Shown: one piece after another, positions 18,407-27,273 of the stretch
How the letters are laid out: every line of letters begins with the position of its first letter
Position numbering within the stretch: the stretch's first letter is position 1
NCBI GenBank assembly: GCA_900549545.1
Contig: URPA01000001.1
Location: 27,275-91,274, forward strand
Source: an uncultured Eubacteriales bacterium
Lineage (GTDB): Bacteria; Bacillota; Clostridia; Oscillospirales; Oscillospiraceae
DNA length: 64,000 bases
Direction: 5' to 3'
Program-made: the position numbers and the translations under genes
The notes under the pieces: model-generated
Database searches by the model: none
Told to the model about the DNA's origin: nothing
What the model saw: the letters and a program-made list of their open reading frames with translations, nothing else

Positions 18407-18637
18407 ATGTTTGAACGGATCACGACATATCTGGCAGAGCAGTTCGATTTCCCGAAGGATTCGCTGCACTGGGATACGACGTTTAAGAGCCTGCAGCTTG
18501 ACTCGATGGACATGGTCGAAATGATGATGGACATGGAAGAAGAGCTCGGCGTGGATTTTGACCAGAACGATATGGCAGAGCTGACCACCATTGGTGAGCT
18601 TGCCGATTACATTGAAAAAAAGCTGAACGAGGGCTGA
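18407..18637 (+). CDS. acyl carrier protein-like (phosphopantetheine-binding) protein
   Basis: 76 aa. The motif LQLDSMDMVEMMMDMEEELG aligns with the ACP DSL serine motif and helix II. Confidence 0.65.
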   Translation: MFERITTYLAEQFDFPKDSLHWDTTFKSLQLDSMDMVEMMMDMEEELGVDFDQNDMAELTTIGELADYIEKKLNEG

Positions 18638-18659
18638 ATCAGGCCGTTCCGGTCTGTGA

Positions 18660-18932
18660 CAAGGTCGCACTAGTCGGGGAGATAGCGGTGCCCTGTGACC
18701 TGCAATCCGCTATAGCAGGGATGAACTCCCATACCCGGGTTCGTGCTGTTTTGCTGTCCGAATAAGCGGTGTTGAGGCATCGGTCTTGCGCAACGGGCTC
18801 CCGTGAACCATGTCAGGCGGGGAACCGAGCAGCATTAAGCGGATCTGTCCGTGTGCCGCAAGGACGCCGCTGCTGAGCTGGCTGTTCGGGAAACGGAAAT
18901 GGTTCCGGATTCAAATATGGGTGTGCGATCTT
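18660..18932 (+). ncRNA. ffs: signal recognition particle RNA, Bacillus-type long form with an Alu domain (scRNA/ffs). Ends are approximate.
   Basis: Matches B. subtilis scRNA as recalled from memory. The segment gtcggggagatagcggtgccctgtgacctgcaatccgctatagcaggg matches the 5' domain. The segment ccatgtcaggcggggaaccgagcagcattaagcgg matches the conserved domain IV. Position upstream of dnaX, as in Firmicutes. Confidence 0.8.
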
Positions 18933-19053
18933 GTCATGGATCGGAATGGACAATAGAACGCGCGGAAGGGACGCCCCTCCCGCGCGTTTTTTGCACCGGC
19001 GCGATTGCAATTTGCGCTGTTTTCGCGTATACTATGCACTGGGAGATGATGAC

Positions 19054-20730
19054 ATGTATCAGGCACTTTACCGCAAATACCGCCCGCAGACCTTTGACGA
19101 CGTCGTCGGCCAGCAGGGCGTGACCCAGACTCTGAAGAATCAGCTCCAGACCGGCCGCCTGAGCCATGCCTATCTGTTCACGGGCACGCGCGGCACCGGC
19201 AAGACGACCTGCGCTAAAATTCTGGCCAAGGCCGTGAACTGCGAAAATCCGCAGGACGGCAACCCCTGCAACCGCTGCGCCGCCTGCCGGAGCATCGATG
19301 CGGGCGCGTGCATGGACGTGCTGGAGATCGACGCCGCCTCGAATAACGGCGTGGACAGCGTCCGCGCCCTGCGCGACGACGCCGTCTATACCCCGGCGGA
19401 GGTCAAAAAGCGCGTGTATATCATTGACGAGGTGCATATGCTCTCAACCCCGGCCTTCAATGCCCTGCTCAAAATTCTTGAGGAGCCGCCGGAGCACCTG
19501 CTTTTCATCCTCGCCACAACTGAGCTTCAAAAGGTCCCGGCGACGATACTTTCCCGCTGCCAACGGCACAGCTTCCGCCGGATAGACAACAAAACCCTCA
19601 CAAGCTACCTTGAGTACGTCGCGGGGGAGGAGCATTTTGACCTGAGCCATGACGCGGCTGAGCTTATCGCCAGAATGGCCGAGGGCGGTGTGCGCGACGG
19701 TCTGAGCCTGCTCGACCAGTGCTCGGCCTATGACAAAATCGACACGCAGGCGGTCTATTCCGCCATGGGCCTCGCGGGCAACCGCAGAATTGCCCAGCTT
19801 TTTGATTATATCTTAAACCATGACACCGCCGCGGCGCTCAATGAGTTTTCCGCAATGTGGATGGATGGGAAGGCCCCGGCCTCACTTTTGCAGGAGCTGG
19901 GGACGCTGCTGCGCGATGTGCTTTTGATGCAGGTCGCGCCGAAGAGCGTTATGGAGCTGGCTTCCGGTGCGTATGACCGAGAGGCGCTCTCCGGCTTTGC
20001 AAAGCGCTGCACCAGAGATGAGCTGCTTTTCGCGGCGCAGACGGTGCAGAATGCTGCCGCCGGGATAAGGGACGCAAAAAATCCGCGCATGGCCGTTGAG
20101 CTCTGCCTTGTGAGTCTCTGCGGCGATTTGGCGGGAGAGAGCGTTGCGGGCCTGAAGGCGCGGATATCCCGTCTTGAAGAGGCTGTCGCCCATGGAATAA
20201 GCGTCCGGCCTGAGGCGGCCCCGGCGGCGGACTATGAGCGCGATATCCCGGGGGAGCCGGAATATGAGCCGGAGGAGCCGATGCCCGTACCGCGCAGATA
20301 TCAGCCGGACGAGGTGGAGTTTGAGCCGCCGGAGGTTTTTATTGAGGAACAGCCGGAGGACGCATTCTTTGACCGCAAGCCCAAGGCGGAAGCGCCAAAG
20401 CCCGTGAGCGCTGACGTTTGGAAGGCTGTGTGCGACGAGGCGGCCAAGGCCCTGCCCATGGAGGTGCGCATGAGCCTCGGCGATGAAAGCCGCATGAGAG
20501 TCTACGGCGAGGGCGATGTGCTGAAAATCGAGGCGCAGAAGGGCTTTTTGCTTGACCGTTTGAAAAGGCTCGGCATTTCCGAGATATTCTCCGCCGCGGC
20601 AAAGACCGTGACCGGGCGGGATATGAACGTGCGCGTGTCTGAGCTTGACGACAGCCCGCGCGAGCAGCGCAGCCTTGATGAGCTCAGGCAGTTTAAGGAA
20701 GTAAGTTTTATAAACACCATAGGAGGATAA
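19054..20730 (+). CDS. dnaX: DNA polymerase III subunit gamma/tau
   Basis: N-terminal sequence MYQALYRKYRPQTFDDVVGQ, Walker A motif GTRGTGKTT, and zinc motif CNRCAACRSI. The 18931 start in the ORF track would overlap the SRP RNA and is rejected. Confidence 0.9.
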   Translation: MYQALYRKYRPQTFDDVVGQQGVTQTLKNQLQTGRLSHAYLFTGTRGTGKTTCAKILAKAVNCENPQDGNPCNRCAACRSIDAGACMDVLEIDAASNNGVDSVRALRDDAVYTPAEVKKRVYIIDEVHMLSTPAFNALLKILEEPPEHLLFILATTELQKVPATILSRCQRHSFRRIDNKTLTSYLEYVAGEEHFDLSHDAAELIARMAEGGVRDGLSLLDQCSAYDKIDTQAVYSAMGLAGNRRIAQLFDYILNHDTAAALNEFSAMWMDGKAPASLLQELGTLLRDVLLMQVAPKSVMELASGAYDREALSGFAKRCTRDELLFAAQTVQNAAAGIRDAKNPRMAVELCLVSLCGDLAGESVAGLKARISRLEEAVAHGISVRPEAAPAADYERDIPGEPEYEPEEPMPVPRRYQPDEVEFEPPEVFIEEQPEDAFFDRKPKAEAPKPVSADVWKAVCDEAAKALPMEVRMSLGDESRMRVYGEGDVLKIEAQKGFLLDRLKRLGISEIFSAAAKTVTGRDMNVRVSELDDSPREQRSLDELRQFKEVSFINTIGG

Positions 20731-20734
20731 AATT

Positions 20735-21079
20735 ATGGCAAAAGGCGGATTTCGCGGGGGCTTCCCCGGCGGCAATCAGATGAACATGGTGCGTCAGGCA
20801 CAGAAAATGCAGCAGGAATTTTTGAAGATGCAGCAGGAGCTCGAGTCCACGGATTTTGAGTTCTCCGCGGGCGGCGGCGCAGTCAAGGCCACTGTCAGCG
20901 GCACCAGAGAGTTCAAGTCCATCGTCATTGACCCCGAGGTCGTTGACCCCGACGATGTGGAAATGCTTCAGGACCTGATTCTTGCGGCTGTCAATGGCGC
21001 GCTCAAGCTCTCCGATGACAAGACAAACCAGTCCATGGCAAAGCTTCAGGGAGGCATGGGCCTGCCCGGCATGTTCTAA
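20735..21079 (+). CDS. ybaB: nucleoid-associated protein YbaB/EbfC
   Basis: 114 aa of the YbaB family. Immediately downstream of dnaX. Confidence 0.85.
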   Translation: MAKGGFRGGFPGGNQMNMVRQAQKMQQEFLKMQQELESTDFEFSAGGGAVKATVSGTREFKSIVIDPEVVDPDDVEMLQDLILAAVNGALKLSDDKTNQSMAKLQGGMGLPGMF

Positions 21080-21220
21080 TAAGCTTATTTATCTGCCCGG
21101 GCCGGTTCTGGCTCGGGCAGAAATACTGCCTGTTTCGACTGCATTTGCGCCGTGATTGTGATAGAAAAAGACATATAACATCGAGCGCGACAGGCATTTG
21201 GCGCAGACAAGGAGGAATAC

Positions 21221-22909
21221 ATGAATACACCGTGGACCGAGAGCGTGGAAGTAAACGCTCCGCTGCCGGAATACCCGAGGCCCCAGCTTGCCCGGCGGGA
21301 TTGGATGAATCTCAACGGCCTGTGGGACTATGCGATAAACACTTCCACCCGCTTTCCCAAGGAATTTGACGGGCAGATTTGCGTGCCCTATTCGCCGGAG
21401 GCACCTCTTTCCGGGGTGAACCGGGCGCTTAAGAGCAATGAATATCTCTGGTACAGACGCAGCTTTGCCGTGCCGGGGGCCTTTGCCGGAAAGCGGCTCA
21501 TCCTTCATTTTGGAGCGGTTGACCAGACGGCGACAGTCTGGGTCAATTCCGCCGCCCCTGTCACCCACGTGGGTGGCTACCTGCCCTTTGATATTGATGT
21601 GACGGACGCGGTCGAGAGCGGCGCGCTGACCGTGACGCTGCGCGTAAGCGACGGGACCGAGAAGGGCGGGCACACCCGCGGCAAGCAGAAAACCAAGCGC
21701 GGCGGCATCTGGTACACGCCCCAGAGCGGCATATGGCAGACGGTGTGGCTCGAGGCCGTGCCGCAGTGCTACATAGAGTCCCTGAAAATCACCCCGGATT
21801 TTGACGGCGCGGCGGTTGAAGTCTCCGCGCAGATACACGGCGGGGAGCCGGCATACGCGGAGTTTGGCGGATACAGCTATCCGCTGCCTGCCCGCATCCC
21901 GGTGCCCGATTTTGAGGCCTGGTGCCCGGAGAATCCGAAGCTCTACGGCATAGTTGTCCGCTGCGGGGAGGATGTGGTGCAGAGCTATTTTGCCATGCGC
22001 AAGTTCTCCGTTGAAATCGGCAGCGGCGATAAGCCCCGGCTGTTTTTAAACGGTAAGGAGTATTTCCACAACGGGCTTTTAGACCAGGGCTACTGGCCGG
22101 ACGGGCTCTACACCCCGCCCACGGATGAGGCCATGGTGTATGACATCAGCATGGCGAAGGCAATGGGCTTCAATACGCTTAGAAAGCACATCAAGGTCGA
22201 GCCCCTGCGCTGGTACTATCACTGTGACAGGCTGGGCATGCTCGTCTGGCAGGATATGCCCAACGGCGGCGGCAATTATAACGCCGCGGTGGTGACAACG
22301 CCCGTTGTCACGGGGATGCAGATAAAGGACAGCTCTTATGCGCTCTTCGCCCGCTCCGATGCTGACGCGCGGGCGGAGTTCAAGGCGGAGCTGGGAGAGA
22401 TGGTGCGCCATCTGTATAACTGCCCCTGCATCGCCATGTGGGTTATCTTCAATGAGGGTTGGGGCCAGTTTGACGCGGCAAAAATGCTCTCCTTTGTGCA
22501 GAGCATGGACAAAAGCCGCACCATTGACCACGCCTCCGGCTGGCACGATCAGGGCGTGGGCGAGGTCAGGAGTGAGCATGTATACTTCAAGCGCTATAAC
22601 TATAAGCCCGATAAAAAGGGGAGAGCGGTGCTGCTCAGCGAGTTTGGCGGGTACAGCCACAGCGTAATCGGCCACTGCTATTCAAATAAGGACTTCGGAT
22701 ATAAAAAATTCGCTACCGCCGCCCAGCTTGAGCTCGCTCTTGAGGAACTGTATCAAAACGAGATTGCCCCGGCAAAGGCTCAGGGCCTTGCCGCCGCGAT
22801 ACTCACGCAGATCACGGACGTTGAGGACGAGCTCAACGGCCTGATAACCTACGACCGCAAGGCTGTGAAAATTGCCCCGGAAAAGCTGCGGGAGATAATA
22901 TATGTATAA
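21221..22909 (+). CDS. glycoside hydrolase family 2 protein
   Basis: The GH2 sugar-binding and TIM-barrel pattern includes the NEGW acid/base motif (VIFNEGWGQFD). Confidence 0.65.
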   Translation: MNTPWTESVEVNAPLPEYPRPQLARRDWMNLNGLWDYAINTSTRFPKEFDGQICVPYSPEAPLSGVNRALKSNEYLWYRRSFAVPGAFAGKRLILHFGAVDQTATVWVNSAAPVTHVGGYLPFDIDVTDAVESGALTVTLRVSDGTEKGGHTRGKQKTKRGGIWYTPQSGIWQTVWLEAVPQCYIESLKITPDFDGAAVEVSAQIHGGEPAYAEFGGYSYPLPARIPVPDFEAWCPENPKLYGIVVRCGEDVVQSYFAMRKFSVEIGSGDKPRLFLNGKEYFHNGLLDQGYWPDGLYTPPTDEAMVYDISMAKAMGFNTLRKHIKVEPLRWYYHCDRLGMLVWQDMPNGGGNYNAAVVTTPVVTGMQIKDSSYALFARSDADARAEFKAELGEMVRHLYNCPCIAMWVIFNEGWGQFDAAKMLSFVQSMDKSRTIDHASGWHDQGVGEVRSEHVYFKRYNYKPDKKGRAVLLSEFGGYSHSVIGHCYSNKDFGYKKFATAAQLELALEELYQNEIAPAKAQGLAAAILTQITDVEDELNGLITYDRKAVKIAPEKLREIIYV

Positions 22910-22911
22910 CA

Positions 22912-22940
22912 AAAAAGCCCCGAAAAATCGGGGCTTTTTC
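22912..22940 (+). terminator. rho-independent terminator after the GH2 gene
   Basis: aagccccg-aaaaat-cggggctt stem-loop followed by TTTTT. Confidence 0.7.
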
Positions 22941-23225
22941 AGCTTGCCCAAAAAGTCCTACAAGGACTTTTTTGACCGCTTCAACCGCCGAGCGTTTTGA
23001 ACTAATTCAAAACGCTGCTTCGCCCGAAAAGCCCGTAAATACGGTCTTTTCTGCGGCGGGTTATTGTACACGAGGTGGGCCTGTCTCGCTGAGGCTCGGT
23101 CACGGCGCGGCTCTGATATGCCACCGGCATATCATTCACTACCGCGCCGCCGCTTCGCTACCCCTCGAGCACCCCCGCTGCTTCTTTATCTTCACTTTTT
23201 TGCATAAGTTTTTTGACAGTCTCAG

Positions 23226-23260
23226 CAAAAGCCCCGGTTTTCTAAAAACCGGGGCTTTTT
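23226..23260. terminator. bidirectional terminator serving nagB on the minus strand
   Basis: Perfect palindrome aaaagccccggttt-tcta-aaaccggggctttt. Confidence 0.65.
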
Positions 23261-23277
23261 AATGTGCGCCTTACGCT

Positions 23278-24012
23278 TTACGCTTTATATCCAATCTCAT
23301 TTGCAAGCTCGGCGCTGATGACGACTGTCACGTCGTGGTGCAGCTTAATATAGGTCACGGGGCATGCGGGGGTGATGGCATCGTCAATAAGCAGCTTTTT
23401 GGCGGCGGCGGCCTTGTTAGAGCCGCTGATTATCAGCAGCAGCTTTTTGGCCTGCATGATATCGCCCATGCCCATGGTGACGGCGGTGGTGGGAACCTCG
23501 TCCCGGCTGGCGAAGAAGCGGGCATTCGCGTCGATGGTGCTGGGGTCAAGGCTCTCAAGATGCGCGTAGTAATGCAGAGCGTCCGCCGGCTCATTGAAGC
23601 CCACATGACCATCGGGGCCGAGGCCGAGCAGCTGAATATCCGTCACACCGTTGGCAATGGCTGCGCGGAACTCCGCGAGATTTGCCTCAACATCACCCAA
23701 ACCCTTGGCGACATAGGTGTTCTTTTTGTCAATGTTTATGCGGTCGAAGAGATTGCTGTCCATGAAATAGCGGTAGCTCTGGTCATGGTCTGGGGCAAGG
23801 CCGACATACTCGTCAAGGTTCACGGAGCTGACGCGGGAGAAATCCAGGCCCTCTTCCTTGCAGCGGCGGGCGAGCTCATCATAGATTCCGATGGGGCTTG
23901 AGCCGGTGGCAAGACCAAGGCGGCAGTCGGGCTTCTCGCGGACAATTTTTTCGATTATATCGGCAGCGGCGGCGCACTGGGCGGCGTAGCTGTCGGCAAT
24001 GATAACGTTCAT
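23278..24012 (-). CDS. nagB: glucosamine-6-phosphate deaminase
   Basis: NagB family sequence (MNVIIADSYA ... GLGPDGHVGFNEP). Start at 24012 follows a GGAGG Shine-Dalgarno. The longer extension to 24051 is rejected. Confidence 0.85.
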   Translation of the reverse strand: MNVIIADSYAAQCAAAADIIEKIVREKPDCRLGLATGSSPIGIYDELARRCKEEGLDFSRVSSVNLDEYVGLAPDHDQSYRYFMDSNLFDRINIDKKNTYVAKGLGDVEANLAEFRAAIANGVTDIQLLGLGPDGHVGFNEPADALHYYAHLESLDPSTIDANARFFASRDEVPTTAVTMGMGDIMQAKKLLLIISGSNKAAAAKKLLIDDAITPACPVTYIKLHHDVTVVISAELANEIGYKA

Positions 24013-24103
24013 GCTGTTCCTCCTCTTTTTTGTAAGCGCGAAACAAATCACTTACTATTTTGTGTTTCTGATTATATTTGTTTTGTTGTGTTTAGTCAAT
24101 ATT

Positions 24104-25456
24104 TCATTCTGTTTTATTTGCCGCAAAATACGCACGGCACTCCCGGCCGATAAGCGCCGAGAGCCCCAGCAGGGCGATGAAGTTCGGGAGGGACATCAGG
24201 GCGTTTACAGTGTCTGCCGCCGCCCAGACTGAGCTTGTTGTCATAATTGAGCCCAAAACGGCGCAGAGGCATATGAGCAGGCGATAGGCCCGGTCAGAGC
24301 CGGGGCCGAGAAGATAGCGCGAGCAGTAAAGCCCGTAAAGTGAGCTGCCAAGGACTGTCGTGAAGCCGAAGAGAAACAGCGACAGGGCCAGAAATACAGC
24401 CGAGAGAGTGTGCCCGAAAACGGTCGCCGCCGCGCTCTCAAGCAGCTCAGCGCCCACAAGGCTGCCCCAGGAGATATCCACACCGCTGACGAGAATGGCA
24501 AGGGCGGCGAGTGTGCAGATGACAACGGTGTCGGCAAAAACCTCAAAAATACCCCAGAGCCCCTGCTTTGCGGGCGCACCGCTTGTTGAGCCATGCGCCA
24601 TGGCGGCATAGCCCAGCCCCGCCTCATTGGAAAATGCCCCGCGCCGCACGCCCCAGTGCAGGGCGTGCTTGAGCGTAAGCCCGCTTGCCGCTCCGCCGAC
24701 AGCACGCAGAGAGAAGGCGCTATTGAAAATATCATGCAGCACAGCGGGCAGCATTTGCGCGTGGCAGATGATTACAGCAAGCGTAAAAACAATAAAAAGC
24801 CCGCTCATAAGCGGCACGAGCAGCTCGGAGGCTCTGCCCACGCCGCGGGCGCCCTTTGAAAGCACGCGATACAGAATAACAGACAGCGCTATACCCAGCA
24901 GCAGGCGAAGGGGACGCATAGCACCGGCGGCAAGGCCCAATTCAGCCGCCGCCTGCCCGAGCGCACCCACCGCGCCGCCTATCTGGGCCATGGTGCCCAT
25001 GCAGAGAACCGAGATGGCGGCAAAAAGCGCGTACATCACGGCAAGCGGCTTAAAGCGCCGGCCGAGGCCGTATTCTATATAATACATCGCTCCGCCGATG
25101 TATTCACCGTTTATCTTCTGCCGGTAGCGCAGGCCGAGGAAAATCTCCGCGAATTTTATCACCATGGCGGGAATCGCGGAGAGCCACAGCCAGAGCACCG
25201 CGCCCGGCCCGCCCATGGCTATGGCCTGAGCTGTGCCGATGATATTCCCGGTGCCGACGGTGGAGGCAAGCGCCGTGCACACCGCCTGAAGCTGAGTGAC
25301 CGCACCATTATCCTCCCGCTTTTTGAAAACCATGCCCAGAGCGGCAGAAAAATGCCTGAGCGGTAAAAAGTGACATCTGATGGTGAGAATAAGCCCGCAG
25401 AGGAGAAAAAGCGGCAAAAAAAGTCCCGACCAGAGGGCGGAGTTTAAAATTTCCAT
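24104..25456 (-). CDS. alanine/glycine:cation symporter (AGCS family)
   Basis: 450-aa polytopic membrane protein with AGCS-family sequence features. Confidence 0.75.
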   Translation of the reverse strand: MEILNSALWSGLFLPLFLLCGLILTIRCHFLPLRHFSAALGMVFKKREDNGAVTQLQAVCTALASTVGTGNIIGTAQAIAMGGPGAVLWLWLSAIPAMVIKFAEIFLGLRYRQKINGEYIGGAMYYIEYGLGRRFKPLAVMYALFAAISVLCMGTMAQIGGAVGALGQAAAELGLAAGAMRPLRLLLGIALSVILYRVLSKGARGVGRASELLVPLMSGLFIVFTLAVIICHAQMLPAVLHDIFNSAFSLRAVGGAASGLTLKHALHWGVRRGAFSNEAGLGYAAMAHGSTSGAPAKQGLWGIFEVFADTVVICTLAALAILVSGVDISWGSLVGAELLESAAATVFGHTLSAVFLALSLFLFGFTTVLGSSLYGLYCSRYLLGPGSDRAYRLLICLCAVLGSIMTTSSVWAAADTVNALMSLPNFIALLGLSALIGRECRAYFAANKTE

Positions 25457-25588
25457 TTGCGAAATCCTTAATATTTATAAAAATGACTTTATTTTAGAGT
25501 TACAATGTGGTAACATACAGCCGACAACAGAGAGCTGTTTGTCCAATATATGCAGACCCAAACCCCATGATTCTGAAAGGATTAAAAA

Positions 25589-26473
25589 ATGAAAAAGATA
25601 ATTTCTCTTATACTTTGTGTGCTGATGCTCTTTTCCCTTGGCGTTACCGCCTTCGCGGACGGGGATAACGCGCCAAACCAGAGCCGCGCGGTAATCGGCG
25701 CGGACCTCACGCCGGAGCAGGTCAGCTCCGTGTACGAGCTTTTCGGCGTCAAGCGCGGCGAGCCCATTGAGCTGACCGTTACAAACGCGGAGGAGAGGGA
25801 ATACCTCGAGGGCTATGTGGATGATTCCATAATCGGCACCCGCTCCATATCCTGCGTGTATGTTGAGCTGCTGCCCGAGGGCTCCGGCATGGATGTTACG
25901 ACGAGCAACATCACCTGGTGCTCGGCAGAGATGTATATCAGCGCCCTTGCCACCGCCGGCATAACCGACGCGAAGATTGTCGTCGCCTCACCCTTTGAGG
26001 TCAGCGGTACCGCCGCCCTCACCGGCGTTTACAAGGCCTATGAGGACATGACCGGCAAAAAGCTGGACGATATCGCGAAGCTCGTCTCCACGCAGGAGCT
26101 GACCATCACAGGTGAGCTTGCAAACGAGATTGGCAGCATGGACTCCACCTCCATTGTAAACGACCTAAAGCTCATGCTCGACGAGACCGCCCAGATGACT
26201 GACGCCGAGATCCGCGACCAGATAATCCAGATAGCGGGGCGCTATAATGTCACGCTCACCGAAACTCAGATAAACCAGCTCATAAGCCTCTGCCGCTCCC
26301 TTGAGGGGCTGGACGGGGACGCGCTCAGGGCCAGGGTTGAGGATGTGCAGAACACTCTGCAAAAGGTGTCAAACGCGAAGACTCAGGTCGTGGGCTTCGT
26401 CCAGTCCGTGAAAAAGGTCGTCACCTCCATCAAGAGCTTCTTTGAAAAAATCGGCGATATCATCGGTCTGTAA
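25589..26473 (+). CDS. secreted DUF1002-domain protein (YpuA-like)
   Basis: Signal peptide MKKIISLILCVLMLFSLGVTAFA followed by a DUF1002-like repeat body. Confidence 0.5.
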   Translation: MKKIISLILCVLMLFSLGVTAFADGDNAPNQSRAVIGADLTPEQVSSVYELFGVKRGEPIELTVTNAEEREYLEGYVDDSIIGTRSISCVYVELLPEGSGMDVTTSNITWCSAEMYISALATAGITDAKIVVASPFEVSGTAALTGVYKAYEDMTGKKLDDIAKLVSTQELTITGELANEIGSMDSTSIVNDLKLMLDETAQMTDAEIRDQIIQIAGRYNVTLTETQINQLISLCRSLEGLDGDALRARVEDVQNTLQKVSNAKTQVVGFVQSVKKVVTSIKSFFEKIGDIIGL

Positions 26474-26642
26474 GCCGGATTTTAAGAAAATAAACACAAA
26501 ACGCCGCCTCTTTTCGAGACGGCGCTTTTTGCTACAAATTTTTGAACTATGTCTAAACACTCATAAATAAAAAGACTTTACATTGCCCTTATGAAAGTGC
26601 TATAATATATTCACATCATCGGAAAAAATATGGAGGCAAGCT

Positions 26643-27221
26643 ATGTCGTCATCCACCAAAGAAGCACTGTCCACGGCTCTGAAAAAGATGCTGGGCGTCA
26701 AGCCCATTGACAAGGTAACTGTCAAGGATCTGGTCGGGATCTGCAATGTCAACCGACAGACGTTTTATTATCATTTCAACGATGTGTATGATCTGCTTGC
26801 CTGGACCTTCGAAGAGGACGCCGACAAGTATCTGCCGAGCAAAGTCATATACGACAACTGGCGAGAGGATGTCATGACCTATTTCCGTTATCTCAAGAAT
26901 AACAGGGTCGTGGCGCTGAATATTTTTAATTCACCCCGCCGCAAATTCATGCTCCAGCATATTAAAGACAGGCTGCACAGCTGTGTGCGGGATTTTGCTT
27001 TGATAGTGTCCGAGGGCAAAAATATCGACATGCAGGATTTTGAGTTCGTGGTGGACTTATACACGAATCTTGTCGTCGGCCTTATCTCCCAGTGGATGGA
27101 TTCCGGCATGCCCGAGTCCCTGCCCGGCAACCGGGAACGGATAATGAGCCTGCTGGATAACAGCATTGAGGTCATGCTCGGCAGCTTCCAGCGGCCCGGG
27201 AAAATCGCCGCGCAGTCATAA
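26643..27221 (+). CDS. TetR/AcrR-family transcriptional regulator
   Basis: N-terminal TetR HTH (VTVKDLVGICNVNRQTFYYHF). Confidence 0.75.
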   Translation: MSSSTKEALSTALKKMLGVKPIDKVTVKDLVGICNVNRQTFYYHFNDVYDLLAWTFEEDADKYLPSKVIYDNWREDVMTYFRYLKNNRVVALNIFNSPRRKFMLQHIKDRLHSCVRDFALIVSEGKNIDMQDFEFVVDLYTNLVVGLISQWMDSGMPESLPGNRERIMSLLDNSIEVMLGSFQRPGKIAAQS

Positions 27222-27238
27222 TAATATAGTATAATCAC

Positions 27239-27268
27239 AACCGCCCTGCTGCTTGCAGGGCGGTTATT
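27239..27268. terminator. bidirectional terminator between the TetR and brnQ genes
   Basis: Stem ccgccctgc-tgctt-gcagggcgg. Confidence 0.55.
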
Positions 27269-27273
27269 AGTTC

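Noticed and set aside
18813-19123. ORFs of 65 aa, 90 aa and the 18931 start of dnaX overlapping the SRP RNA region
   Set aside because: The region matches the long-form SRP RNA nearly base for base in its conserved domains. dnaX begins at the conserved MYQALYRKYRPQTF (19054).
19882-20775. 297-aa minus-strand ORF antisense to dnaX and other GC-rich antisense frames (for example 20339-20602)
   Set aside because: They lie within the clearly identified dnaX gene. They have arginine/proline-rich compositional bias and no translation signals.
22972-23262. 96-aa ORF in the GH2-nagB intergenic gap
   Set aside because: It has no Shine-Dalgarno, spans several terminator-like hairpins, and has an Ala/Arg/Pro-rich arbitrary composition. 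It is kept only as a possible sRNA region.
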